Source: a bacterium (lineage in GTDB: Bacteria; Orphanbacterota; Orphanbacteria; Orphanbacterales; Orphanbacteraceae). Taken from it: DNA of 64,000 nucleotides. Position numbers and translations under genes: made by a program. Each line of letters begins with the position of its first letter. Within the stretch, counting starts at the first letter, position 1. Under the pieces are notes generated by a model. The model did no database searches, was not told where the DNA came from, and saw only the letters and a program-made list of their open reading frames with translations. Where the stretch lies: NCBI GenBank assembly GCA_025782575.1, contig JALGYY010000047.1, positions 14,139 to 78,138 of the forward strand, given 5' to 3'. This document shows positions 1-9,366 of the stretch, piece by piece.

Positions 1-2
1 TT

Positions 3-266
3 CAGGCTGAGGCACTCGTCGCTTTTCACACTCTGGCCGCAGTTCCTCATGCAGATCGAAATTACCGCACGGAAATTGAAAAAACATTGAGCTGGATTCT
101 GCGTCATCAGGCAGACCGGCGGCATGGAGAGTGGTATGATCGGATCAGACCGTTTCGAGGGCCCACGGGGATCAAGGCCGGGCCCTGGAAAGGGCCATAC
201 CACACGGGGCGCGCTCTGCTTCGGTGTCTATCCATTTTGTCCGGCGAGCGAAGGGGGATCCAATGA
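3..266 (+). CDS. N-acylglucosamine 2-epimerase (AGE) family protein, C-terminal fragment (5' part outside window)
   Basis: Frame 3 is open from the window edge to TGA 264-266. The tail ...HGEWYDRIRPFRGPTGIKAGPWKGPYHTGRALL matches the conserved AGE-family C-terminus (W-K-G-x-[FY]-H-x-x-R-A-L). The stop overlaps the next start (ATGA). Confidence 0.5.
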   Translation, partial: QAEALVAFHTLAAVPHADRNYRTEIEKTLSWILRHQADRRHGEWYDRIRPFRGPTGIKAGPWKGPYHTGRALLRCLSILSGERRGIQ

Positions 267-1030
267 GTCCCGTTGCCCAGACCATTCTTCAACTTTACCG
301 GCAACTGCTCGATCTCGAATACCCGGAAGAGGATCTGGTAACGGTTCGGCGCGCGTATGAAGTAGGATCGGAGCTCTTCTCCGCGGTTTATCACACCTCA
401 ACAAAGACCCTCCTCGCTCACGGAATCGGTACGGCAAGCGTGCTCGCCAGGCTGAAGATGCCGGCTGAGGTTGTTGCGGCCGGCATCATTCATAACGTCT
501 ATTGGAACGGTGATTTCGGTGACGGGCACAGGGGGATCTCTCCCCGAAAGGTGAAGGAACTACGCCGCCGATTGAGTGAGGGTGTCGAGCAGTATGTTGC
601 CGGCTTTGCGCTTCTGAAGTGGGGGGAGGATACACTCCCCGGCTTGCTGGATCGTCTGGACGAGATGAAGGGGGTCGAGAGAATGATCATGGTGATCCGT
701 CTCGCCGATCAGATCGATCATCTGCTTGACTACGCCATCGCAGTATCCCCGAATAGCAAGAACCGCCATGCCATGACCGGGAGGATGCTCGAATCGATGG
801 ACCCGATCGCCCGGCGATTGGGGTATCCTGAAATCGCGGACGAAATGCGAGAACTTCTGGACGAATCGCTGGCGGCGAATCCACCTGACTGTATCTGTCG
901 CAAAACCGATTCACATTTTGCTTTTCGGGTCATGCCACGATCGGGACCGATGCGATGGACAATCAAATTGCGCGAACGGATTTATCTCGGATTCGGCATC
1001 CGAAAGACCCTCCGCAAATGGTTCGCTTGA
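263..1030 (+). CDS. HD-domain-like (SpoT-hydrolase-like) hypothetical protein with degenerate metal-binding residues
   Basis: ATG 263 overlaps the upstream stop (ATGA). The track ORF starts at an upstream GTG 224 inside the previous gene. The segment RRAYEVG...LLAHGIGTASVLARL...AAGIIHNVYWNG aligns to the HD hydrolase pattern (HPLEVA..LAEL...AALLHDVVED), but HD reads HN and ED reads NG. Confidence 0.45.
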   Translation: MSPVAQTILQLYRQLLDLEYPEEDLVTVRRAYEVGSELFSAVYHTSTKTLLAHGIGTASVLARLKMPAEVVAAGIIHNVYWNGDFGDGHRGISPRKVKELRRRLSEGVEQYVAGFALLKWGEDTLPGLLDRLDEMKGVERMIMVIRLADQIDHLLDYAIAVSPNSKNRHAMTGRMLESMDPIARRLGYPEIADEMRELLDESLAANPPDCICRKTDSHFAFRVMPRSGPMRWTIKLRERIYLGFGIRKTLRKWFA

Positions 1031-1072
1031 AGTAAACGATTGGCGTAGCGGAACTCACTGAGGCAGGAGACG

Positions 1073-1858
1073 TTGCACATGAGAAAACTTCTCTCCGGAA
1101 AAAGCGTGCTTGTCACCGGCGCCGGGCGGAACATCGGGCGGGCCATTGCGATAGAGATGGCGAAAGAGGGGGCGAACGTACTCTTCGCGGAGATCGATAA
1201 ACGCCGGGCCGCGAGCCTCGAGAAAGAGCTGCGCGATTATTCTGTAGCATCCAAAGGGTTCATAGCCGACATTTCTCGGCAGGAAGAAGTGGACGCGCTT
1301 GCGGAATCGCTCGCCAAGTATGGAACGGCCATCGATATTCTAGTGAACAACGTGGGCATCCAGTCCGGCCCCGACGATGGGAAACAGAAGTTCAGGTTTC
1401 GAAGCTGGCAGTCCGTGTTCGAGGCTAATCTGTTCGGACCGCTCACTCTGACCGGTCAGGTGGCTTCGATGATGGAGGCGGAGGCGCTCGGGGGATCGAT
1501 CCTCTTCATTACATCGATTCATCAATGGGTTGTTCGGCGCCGTCCGAGCTACAGTGCATCGAAGGCGGCGCTCGGAATGCTCGTCAAGGAGATGGCGCTC
1601 GAATTCGCGCCTAAGCAGATTCGGGTTAACGGGATCGCTCCCGGTTACGTTGAGGAAGACGACGAGGGAGCACCGCTCCCTCATCCATACACACCGCTCC
1701 ATCAAAGCTCGATCAATCCAGCCTACATCGGAAGAGCGGCGGTCTTTCTCGCCTCCGAATACCACTCCAGATTCACGACGGGAACCGTGTTGAAGGTGGA
1801 TGCCGGTCTATCCCTCTACAACCATATTCTCGCCCAGGAAGGTTTTCCCCCCTCGTAG
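1073..1858 (+). CDS. SDR family NAD(P)-dependent oxidoreductase
   Basis: N-terminal Rossmann motif TGAGRNIGRAIA, NNVG, and catalytic Y-x-x-x-K (YSASKAAL). 261 aa, typical classical SDR length. Confidence 0.85.
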   Translation: MHMRKLLSGKSVLVTGAGRNIGRAIAIEMAKEGANVLFAEIDKRRAASLEKELRDYSVASKGFIADISRQEEVDALAESLAKYGTAIDILVNNVGIQSGPDDGKQKFRFRSWQSVFEANLFGPLTLTGQVASMMEAEALGGSILFITSIHQWVVRRRPSYSASKAALGMLVKEMALEFAPKQIRVNGIAPGYVEEDDEGAPLPHPYTPLHQSSINPAYIGRAAVFLASEYHSRFTTGTVLKVDAGLSLYNHILAQEGFPPS

Positions 1859-1860
1859 AT

Positions 1861-4800
1861 CTAATTCTTCGATACGAATACCGTTGTCGTGCGAGCCGGG
1901 ACGCAGATGGTCTCATTCTCCTTGTTGTAGTGGGCACCCCGAACGACCGAATCGTGTGAATCTCGAAGAACGGGGTGGAGTACGAGATCTCGGCCCGGCA
2001 CACGCCCCTCGGCATCGAAGCACTGCTCCTCCCCCGTGGCGTTGAACAGCACCCAGATCTGGCGCCACTGATCGTCAAGCGACGGTAGATTGCCTGCGTT
2101 GTCGGAGATCGACATTACGATCAGGCCGGGAATCTGATCGCGACCGGTGTTGTGGAAGAAGAGTCTCGCGCCCATTTCGTCCGCACTCCGGAGGCGGAAG
2201 AGGGGAGAGCTTTTCCTGATCATCAGCATCTCTCGGAAATGATTCACCGCCCGCAAGATCTGCTCTTTACCCGGCATGTTCTTTTCGTCGGTGAGCTTGG
2301 GCCGGATGACATCCCATCGATCGAAGTTCTTCGCCGCGACCGGGAGACCAACGCCGAAGTTGTTCGATTCATATGTGAAGTCAAGACGGTTGAACCAGTC
2401 CCCGGAATTGTAGCTGTCCGCATCCATGGACTTGGAGCGGAGCATATCCACTCCCGCGTGGAAAAAGGGCACGCCCTGGCCGAGGGCAACGAGACTGACC
2501 GCCATATTCTGCATACGAACGCGATCATCGAGGCCGATCTCGTCAGAAACGGAATAGGCGATCTTGTCCCAGAAGGTCTCGTTGTCATGCGCGGAGATAT
2601 AGTTGATTGACTCGTGGGGCTCACTGGTATAGCCGGCGTAGCTCATGTCGCCACCCTTGATGGGCTGGCCGTTCGATGCGACAAACTTGAAATCCCGCAG
2701 GTTTCCGGTTAGCCCGATACGAATGCGGTCGACCGCTTCCATCGATCCCCGGCTCCCCTTCGACCAGGAGCTTGTCGCAAAACCCTGGTCCCCGCGATCA
2801 CTGAAGGGATTCCCGCCGCGGACGGCATCACGCATCCGGTCGTTGAACGTGCCGATCCCTGTTCCCGCCATTGGTAGCTGGGAAGCGTTAGCGCCACGCG
2901 CACCGCCTGCTACCTCCCCGAAATCCCACCCTTCGCCGTAAAGATAGATCGACGATCCGTCCACGCCGTCATGTTCGGGTGTGAGCGCGTGAAGCGATTC
3001 GGCTGCAGCTACCATGTTCCGTTTCATATGATGACCCATGAGATCGAACCGGAACCCATCTACTTTATAGTCGCGCGCCCAGTGGATGAGATCGTCAATC
3101 ATGAGCCGTTCCATCATGGCATGCTCGGTGGCTGTATTCTGGCAGCATGTGCTCGACTCGACGATGCCGTCGGCGTTCAATCTGTGGTAGTAGCCGGGAA
3201 CGACCCGGTCGAGTACCGACTTTTCACTCAGTCCGCTCGCGTTGGTGTGGTTATAGACGACGTCCATGACGACCCGAAGGCCGAGGTCAGCGAGACTCTG
3301 CACCATGCGCCGGAACTCGTAGATTCGTGCGGTGCCGTCGGGGTCTGTGGAATAGCTCCCCTCGGGAACACCGTAATGAAACGGATCATATCCCCAGTTG
3401 AACCCGTCCTGGCCGGACATGGCACTCACTCGTTTCTGTTGCCACTCCGAGTCCGCCGGGCGGCCCGACAGATCACCCGGCTGGGCCTGCAGGCTACGGT
3501 TTTCTTCTATTGTGGCGATGTCGAATGCCGGCAGCAGGTGAAGGTGACTCAGTCCCGCATCGGCAATTGCCCGAAGGTGGCGTGAACCGTTTGACTCCAC
3601 AGTGAACGCCTCGAACGTGCCGCGAAGCCCTTCCGGTACTTCAGGATCAAACGCGCTGAAGTCGCGGATGTGAAGCTCGTACAGTGTGATGTCGTTCGGC
3701 GCTTCCAGAGCGGGCTTCGCGAGGTCGTTCCAGCCCGGAGGGGCCAGGTCGGGGTCGGCAAGATCGACCACCAGGCTTCTAAGGCTGTTCATCGAAAGGC
3801 CGCGCGAGTAGGGATCGGTCGCCGTGTGATGGGAAATCTCGCCGAGTGAGGGTACATACACCTCCAGGTCGTAGAGGTACTGCATCCCCTTCCAGGAGGC
3901 GTTACCCTTCGCGCTCCAGACGCCATTCGATTCGGTCATCGCGACAGTCTGCTTCGCTTCCGTCTGAGCCGTATTCTCGAAGAGAAGAAGGTCGACCCGC
4001 CGCGCGGTAGGTGCCCAGACACGAATCGTCGGTATGCCGTCATTCCATTCGATGCCGAGAGGTCCATCATACGTAAACAGGTCGTCCAGTACGCCGGGGA
4101 TCTGAATGCCGGTAGCGTCCTGCAGCTGGCCGGATTCATCTGTGATCGAAACGGCGAGTGCCCCTTTCAGTAGTTCGGCTGCCCGGCCCACTGACTTCTG
4201 AGGAATGGAGAAAACCTTGTGCCCGGCAAGATGGGGGAATTTCGCGCGGGTCTCTTTGGAGAGGCCGTTCTCATCGGCAGCCAGTTCGAATGATTCGCCT
4301 CCGGTAATTTCCTCTTTCGTTAACTCGAGACCGCCATCGGGGGCGAAGTGGAGGCGGACGATGTCACCCTCTCCAGGTGAGACCGGCCATGCGATCGAGG
4401 CTGCCGCCACCCAGAACGCGCGCTGTCTGGAGAGATCGCCCAGGTCAAGAGTTCCTAGGTCGGGCACTTCCGTAAATATTGTCGCGCTCCCCGAAGCGAG
4501 CCAGACTTCACACCCATGGTCTCCGATGAGGAGTGTCATGTCCGGACCGGGGTCTTTCTGATCACCCTTGTGAACGATGAATCCGATCTTGGATGCTCCG
4601 TCGTTCAGACGAAAATCCCAGTAAATCCCGTACTCATCTTCGCCGGCCGACTGCCACGGTGATCCCCATTCCACGGACTCCGGCGTATCCTCCCAGAGAT
4701 GAAGTCCCCAGCCGCCGTACTGTCCATCGGGCCGGTGATAGTGAATCCGCGCGTAGCCATCTACCAGCTCAGGCGCCGGTGCCAGGTCCCGCTTTTCGAC

Positions 4801-5190
4801 CGGCTTCGCTTTTGCACTCGCTGGTGCGCCGTCGCCACCGATATTCCGGACAGCATTCTGCCCGCCGTGATCATCGTCCACGTAACCCTCCGTATCGGCA
4901 TCGATCGGACCGCCGTCTCGCTCTGTCTCCATATTTTTCGGCCACTGGCCATTGATAAAATACTTATACCGCACTTCGCCCGGATCGAGGGGGATCGTGA
5001 TCGCCCATGATCCATCGGGTTGCAGCTCAAGGTCGGTTTCGCCCCAGTTGTTCAGCGATCCACGTACGGATACGCTCTTCACCTCTTCCCCTTCGACAGG
5101 AACATAGGTGAATGTAACCTGCTCGGCTCCGGCGAGGGCCGGGATGAGAAAGAGGGAGGTCAGGAGGGCGAGGCGGATTCTGGGACGCAT
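1861..5190 (-). CDS. pulA: Pullulanase-type glycoside hydrolase family 13 (secreted, 1109 aa)
   Basis: Signal peptide MRPRIRLALLTSLFLIPALAGA. GH13 catalytic regions: DGFRFDLMGHH (region II), YNHTNASG, and YISAHDNETFWD, which is the pullulanase-type YVSxHDN motif. An N-terminal CBM-like region is present. The stop abuts the convergent SDR gene. Confidence 0.85.
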   Translation of the reverse strand: MRPRIRLALLTSLFLIPALAGAEQVTFTYVPVEGEEVKSVSVRGSLNNWGETDLELQPDGSWAITIPLDPGEVRYKYFINGQWPKNMETERDGGPIDADTEGYVDDDHGGQNAVRNIGGDGAPASAKAKPVEKRDLAPAPELVDGYARIHYHRPDGQYGGWGLHLWEDTPESVEWGSPWQSAGEDEYGIYWDFRLNDGASKIGFIVHKGDQKDPGPDMTLLIGDHGCEVWLASGSATIFTEVPDLGTLDLGDLSRQRAFWVAAASIAWPVSPGEGDIVRLHFAPDGGLELTKEEITGGESFELAADENGLSKETRAKFPHLAGHKVFSIPQKSVGRAAELLKGALAVSITDESGQLQDATGIQIPGVLDDLFTYDGPLGIEWNDGIPTIRVWAPTARRVDLLLFENTAQTEAKQTVAMTESNGVWSAKGNASWKGMQYLYDLEVYVPSLGEISHHTATDPYSRGLSMNSLRSLVVDLADPDLAPPGWNDLAKPALEAPNDITLYELHIRDFSAFDPEVPEGLRGTFEAFTVESNGSRHLRAIADAGLSHLHLLPAFDIATIEENRSLQAQPGDLSGRPADSEWQQKRVSAMSGQDGFNWGYDPFHYGVPEGSYSTDPDGTARIYEFRRMVQSLADLGLRVVMDVVYNHTNASGLSEKSVLDRVVPGYYHRLNADGIVESSTCCQNTATEHAMMERLMIDDLIHWARDYKVDGFRFDLMGHHMKRNMVAAAESLHALTPEHDGVDGSSIYLYGEGWDFGEVAGGARGANASQLPMAGTGIGTFNDRMRDAVRGGNPFSDRGDQGFATSSWSKGSRGSMEAVDRIRIGLTGNLRDFKFVASNGQPIKGGDMSYAGYTSEPHESINYISAHDNETFWDKIAYSVSDEIGLDDRVRMQNMAVSLVALGQGVPFFHAGVDMLRSKSMDADSYNSGDWFNRLDFTYESNNFGVGLPVAAKNFDRWDVIRPKLTDEKNMPGKEQILRAVNHFREMLMIRKSSPLFRLRSADEMGARLFFHNTGRDQIPGLIVMSISDNAGNLPSLDDQWRQIWVLFNATGEEQCFDAEGRVPGRDLVLHPVLRDSHDSVVRGAHYNKENETICVPARTTTVFVSKN

Positions 5191-5273
5191 ATCGACTATC
5201 TCCTTATAGATGGCTTCCTATAAGCAGATTGTACGCTATCCCTGCGATGGGGCAATGCCAAAGCAGGGTGGGC

Positions 5274-5840
5274 TCACAGGCTGTCCGGCAGGCCGCGCCC
5301 CGGAGATTCAACTGTGATTCCGCTCGAAACCGGTCTGGTAACAAATGTCGGTATTGCCAGGGGAGTAACGGCCTGAAAGGCGAGTTGAGGCGCCTTGGGA
5401 AGAGGCCGACGGATCGACGCCCCGACGGTGCCGCCGCTGTTCAGGGCAGTCAGTGAATTCAAGCGACCGCTCAAAAAACCGGCTACGAAGACGACGGCGA
5501 TAACGGCGGCGGCAGGTACAACGCGCGCGAAACGTCTGAAAGCCGGTGTTTTTCTGAGCGTCCGCCTGGAGGAGCGATTTCCCGGAGCGGGGTCAACGGC
5601 CGAGCTGGCTGCAGAATGTCGACCCTGTGCTTCGAGAAGCTCCAGCAGGATAGGTACGGGAGCGGCCGCCCGGGGTGAATCCCGGACCTCTTCGACGGCA
5701 CGCATCAACGGATTGATCGCGGCCCGGCAATCCGGGCAAGCCGCCAGATGGCGTGCGACTTCTTCATATTCATCCGCAGGCAGATCGCTCAAAACAAAGG
5801 CGAGCAGCTTTTTTTCATCGGTGTGGATCGCGTCGCTCAT
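5274..5840 (-). CDS. Anti-sigma factor (zf-HC2 type), single-pass membrane
   Basis: HLAACPDCRAA zinc-finger motif near the N-terminus and a TM segment VPAAAVIAVVFVAGFL. It overlaps the upstream ECF sigma gene by 4 nt. Confidence 0.7.
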   Translation of the reverse strand: MSDAIHTDEKKLLAFVLSDLPADEYEEVARHLAACPDCRAAINPLMRAVEEVRDSPRAAAPVPILLELLEAQGRHSAASSAVDPAPGNRSSRRTLRKTPAFRRFARVVPAAAVIAVVFVAGFLSGRLNSLTALNSGGTVGASIRRPLPKAPQLAFQAVTPLAIPTFVTRPVSSGITVESPGRGLPDSL

Positions 5841-6439
5841 CGGTTTTCTCCATTCTTCAGATTGTTTTGCTCCGGCCGTTCTTCGCTCAAGAGAGCGGTA
5901 CGAATTCGCCGGAGGGTATGATGGACGCGAGATCGAATCGTCCCTTCCGGTTCGCTTCGAATAGCGGCGATCTCCTTATAGCTCAGTGATTCGCGTACGC
6001 GAAGATGGAACGCTGCCGAATAGGCCTCAGGCAAATCGGAGAGCGCGGATTCGACACGCTGGAGAAGCTGATCGCGCTGCAGATCGTCGGCCGGCCCGGA
6101 GAGGGAAGAGGGAAGGAGATCGGCGCCCGCGTCGAGTAGAAGTTCAGCGTGCCTCCTCTTCAATCTCCCACGGTCGCGCAGAATCCTCGTGCCGATGGTA
6201 TAGAGCCACGCCCGGAAGCGGTCCCGGCCTTCATACGTTCCCCGTCCTTCGAATATGCGAAGAAAGGAATCGTGCATCACGTCTTCCGCCTCCGCTCGAT
6301 CACCCGAGACGCGATGCAGATACTCGAGTAGCGCCGGAGCATGGCGCCGGTAGAGAAGGGCCACCGCGCCGGCGTCTCTCTTCCGTGCCCGACGTGCCAG
6401 CTCGTCATCATGTTCGATCCCCTGTTCGGGACGACTCAT
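5837..6439 (-). CDS. ECF (sigma-70 family, group IV) RNA polymerase sigma factor
   Basis: Region 2 (DVMHDSFLRIFE, FRAWLYTIGTRILRD) and region 4 HTH (LSYKEIAAIRSEPEGTIRSRVHHTLRRIR). Start chosen at the ATG (reverse 6439-6437) giving 201 aa. The track's 336-aa ORF extends over the upstream gene and is rejected. Confidence 0.85.
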   Translation of the reverse strand: MSRPEQGIEHDDELARRARKRDAGAVALLYRRHAPALLEYLHRVSGDRAEAEDVMHDSFLRIFEGRGTYEGRDRFRAWLYTIGTRILRDRGRLKRRHAELLLDAGADLLPSSLSGPADDLQRDQLLQRVESALSDLPEAYSAAFHLRVRESLSYKEIAAIRSEPEGTIRSRVHHTLRRIRTALLSEERPEQNNLKNGENR

Positions 6440-6453
6440 CCACTCACCACTAT

Positions 6454-7788
6454 TTACTTTCGTGTCAGCCAGCGGTCCGGTTCGGCATTCTCCGGATCCA
6501 GCTCTTTCCAGTATTCGGCCATCTCCACCACCCGTTCTTTCTCGCCGTGAAACTCGAGCAGGCGAATCGCCTCCCGTAGAGCGTACCGCGCCCCTTCGAG
6601 ATCGCCCTCCTCGGCGGATCCTTCCGCTGCCTGGGAGAGGAGAGCGGGGTAGTTCTTCACAATCATGCGAACGGCGCTCGTCGGCGTCCACCGGAAACCC
6701 AGATCGGTGGCGCTGTCCATCCTGAATTTCGATTGATAGAGACGGAGAGTGCGAGGCCCGTCGATCCCTCGTATGGAATCCCCCGGGCCGGCCGCTCGAT
6801 CTGTAACACGCCACAAGAGGCCTTCGAGTTCGACCTTGCAACCACAATTATCCAGGTGGGAGGGGGTAACGGTCAGGGCGAAACTGACCGGCCCGGCGTA
6901 TTCCCCTTGCCGGAGTTTTTCGAGCAGGGCTTCGACAATCTGCCCGGCACGAAATCTTCCAGTCTCTTTATAAACTGTGTTCGAGTTCTTCTCGATCCTC
7001 TCCAGCTCATCTTTGGAAAACGGCGACTCGTCTCCCAGGCTCTCAGGAAAAACTTCGATGGCATATTCAGGAATGTTGAGGAGTGACAGATTAATGATGG
7101 AAACGTCAGGTCGAATTCCGGCCGCCGCCTGCAATGCGAGCGGAGGATAGGTATCGTTGTCGCCGTTCGTAAACACGATCGCGTTCGGCGCAGCGCTCAT
7201 CAGCATGTTGTAACCGAAATCGAGAAGAGGCGGAGGGAACGCACCCTTTTCGATCAGCGCCCTCAGGTGATCCTCCGCCTGATCGACTCTGCCAAGAAGA
7301 ACGCAGGCACTCCATAGGCCGAAGTGTGGTACCGGCCATCGGGGGGCACTCTTGACGGCGCGTTCCAGAAGGGTGACTACCCTGTCGTTCTTGTCGGCCG
7401 TCGTTCCCTCATTTTCGTTGCGTACGATGCCTGTAAATTCGTCGAGCGCCTCAGGGCATTCCGGGTCGATCGCGAGCGCCTCACGGATGAGTTCCTTCCG
7501 CTCCTCGCTATCCCATCCTCTGCCATAACGGATGGCCCGGGCGATCTCGACTCTGGCGATTGCGGATTCAGGGTTCAGGGCGAGGTATTCCCGCCACGCT
7601 TTTTCGACTGAAACATAGCCGTCCCCTCCCAGAATTTCATCCCGCAGGGATTCAACGTGGGCGGGCATGTCGTCCTGATGGGATGGAGTGGTCGAAGCCC
7701 CGGCACCCGTGTAGATCAGGATGCAGGCCAGCATCGCGAGGAGGGCCGTACGCCCTGGAGTTGTCATCAGATGATTCTTCTGCAGCAT
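6454..7788 (-). CDS. Secreted hypothetical protein (TPR-like helical N-terminal region)
   Basis: 444-aa ORF with signal peptide (LLAMLACILIYTGAGAS). No catalytic motif recognised. Lies upstream of, and co-oriented with, the ECF sigma/anti-sigma pair. Confidence 0.5.
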   Translation of the reverse strand: MLQKNHLMTTPGRTALLAMLACILIYTGAGASTTPSHQDDMPAHVESLRDEILGGDGYVSVEKAWREYLALNPESAIARVEIARAIRYGRGWDSEERKELIREALAIDPECPEALDEFTGIVRNENEGTTADKNDRVVTLLERAVKSAPRWPVPHFGLWSACVLLGRVDQAEDHLRALIEKGAFPPPLLDFGYNMLMSAAPNAIVFTNGDNDTYPPLALQAAAGIRPDVSIINLSLLNIPEYAIEVFPESLGDESPFSKDELERIEKNSNTVYKETGRFRAGQIVEALLEKLRQGEYAGPVSFALTVTPSHLDNCGCKVELEGLLWRVTDRAAGPGDSIRGIDGPRTLRLYQSKFRMDSATDLGFRWTPTSAVRMIVKNYPALLSQAAEGSAEEGDLEGARYALREAIRLLEFHGEKERVVEMAEYWKELDPENAEPDRWLTRK

Positions 7789-7872
7789 GATTTTCTCCCT
7801 GATTGGTTGTGATCAGACTTCCAATCCATAAACGATCGGGAGGGGGTTTTCGTTGAGGAACGGGAGAAAAAA

Positions 7873-9261
7873 TCAGATTCCGGTCGTAATCGTGGGCGTA
7901 ATCAGGAGGGCTGTTTCGGCACCAAAACCGGACGGCCTGGGCCACGACGTATCACCCCCCGTGACGGTCGTTCCCCAATCGTTCTGCTCCAGCCCGCTGG
8001 CGGGATCTAACCACTGGAGATCGTAGATTCCCGTGGCGAGCATTTTGACGCCCAGGCTGACTGCCGACGTCGATGAGTAGAGTACGTACGACGCTCCGGG
8101 CAGATCAGCGAGTACGTACGCCGTGCCTGCAAATGAGAGATCGTCCCGGGGTTCCATCCCGGAGAGGGGAACGCGCTCCATGAATCGAACAAGCCGTCCG
8201 GCGTCTACCATGTCGAGCGAGTCGGTGGACGCGATATCCCAGCCGAGAACCATTACGCTGGCGCCCCCCATCGCCGCTGCCCAGCTCTTCTGCCTCGCCA
8301 CGACCCCGGTCCCCCAGGCGGCGCTTTCCGCCAGGTTCAGATTGTATCGACCGGCCGCGTCCCCAAACGCCTGCACGACCCCGGCGTGGATCGCAGCAGC
8401 GGTCGTTACATTGTATTGAATGGCGAACTGGTCGATATTCGGGTCGTTTTCTAACTCCGCAAATGAGAGCCCGCTCAATTTGTGAACGGAGATCACATGG
8501 TCGTGGTCATCCACCGTTCGAATGAGCGACGCGAGGGCCGATACCCGCTGAGCGCTGAACTCTTCCTGATACTCTTCCGCGATCACCCAGATCAGGTTCT
8601 CGTGGTGCTCGAAGCGGTCGATAATCCGGGTGACAAACGTGGACTCTTCTGCGGGGACAAAATGATCGTTCAGAGGATCGCAATCCCAGATGCACGCGTC
8701 ATCATCGTAGAGAATGAAGAATGCGGCGATTCCGGCGACATCCATGGCGCTGATCCAGATCTCCCATTGATCGAGGATGTCGGCATCGAGCTCCCCGAGA
8801 GCAGGATCGGAGTCGATGAAAGGATTATGATCGGGTGGACCATCACCGCCGTGGGACCGGACGGCCTGGAAGTAGATGCAATTGGCTCCGGTTCCTGCGA
8901 GCTTGCCGATCAAAGCGAGCTGGTCACCGTTTCTGGTACCGTCGGCGTTTCGGGAACCCCGGTAGAGGAAGCCTTCCGGGTCGCCCGGTCCGGCCATGAA
9001 AAACCGGGACCCGTCAGCCCGTCTGAGATAGGCAGGATCGGCCGGATCGACTACGATCTGCAAGGGACCGGCCGGCGGATCGAGAAGGGGAGCATTGCTC
9101 CGTCGATCGAGGGCGTCTCGCCTGTTCCCGGCCCCCTCGCGGGAGTCGGGAGACAATGGGAATTCCCCGGCGCACGCCAATGTGAGCCCAAGCATCACAA
9201 GGGGGAACAGGGGAGATTGCCTGGAGAATCTTTCAGGTTGCATCACTATTCGCCGGGACAA
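7873..9261 (-). CDS. Secreted putative glycoside hydrolase (GH5-like / DUF4038-like TIM-barrel)
   Basis: Signal peptide FPLVMLGLTLACAG. NLIWVIAEEYQEE resembles the GH5-type acid/base NE(P/Y) strand. Functional call is weak. Confidence 0.4.
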   Translation of the reverse strand: MSRRIVMQPERFSRQSPLFPLVMLGLTLACAGEFPLSPDSREGAGNRRDALDRRSNAPLLDPPAGPLQIVVDPADPAYLRRADGSRFFMAGPGDPEGFLYRGSRNADGTRNGDQLALIGKLAGTGANCIYFQAVRSHGGDGPPDHNPFIDSDPALGELDADILDQWEIWISAMDVAGIAAFFILYDDDACIWDCDPLNDHFVPAEESTFVTRIIDRFEHHENLIWVIAEEYQEEFSAQRVSALASLIRTVDDHDHVISVHKLSGLSFAELENDPNIDQFAIQYNVTTAAAIHAGVVQAFGDAAGRYNLNLAESAAWGTGVVARQKSWAAAMGGASVMVLGWDIASTDSLDMVDAGRLVRFMERVPLSGMEPRDDLSFAGTAYVLADLPGASYVLYSSTSAVSLGVKMLATGIYDLQWLDPASGLEQNDWGTTVTGGDTSWPRPSGFGAETALLITPTITTGI

Positions 9262-9366
9262 TAGTGCCTAAGGGGTATCGAGCGGCAGGCTGGAGCCGGG
9301 CGTCGCTCGCGAATTTTGTTTAGTTGATTTAATATGGTATCAGAAAACAGAGGGTAACGCCAGTAA

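Noticed and set aside
224-262. GTG 224 start of the HD-like ORF
   Set aside because: It would overlap the last 13 codons of the AGE-family gene. ATG 263 gives the classic ATGA stop-start overlap seen repeatedly in this window.
5837-6847. 336-aa track ORF for the ECF sigma factor with a 136-aa Arg/Gly-rich N-terminal extension
   Set aside because: The sigma-70 region 2 starts right after the internal Met (reverse 6439-6437). The extension overlaps the 3' end of the upstream gene 6454..7788 in another frame and is low-complexity, typical of a GC-rich spurious extension.
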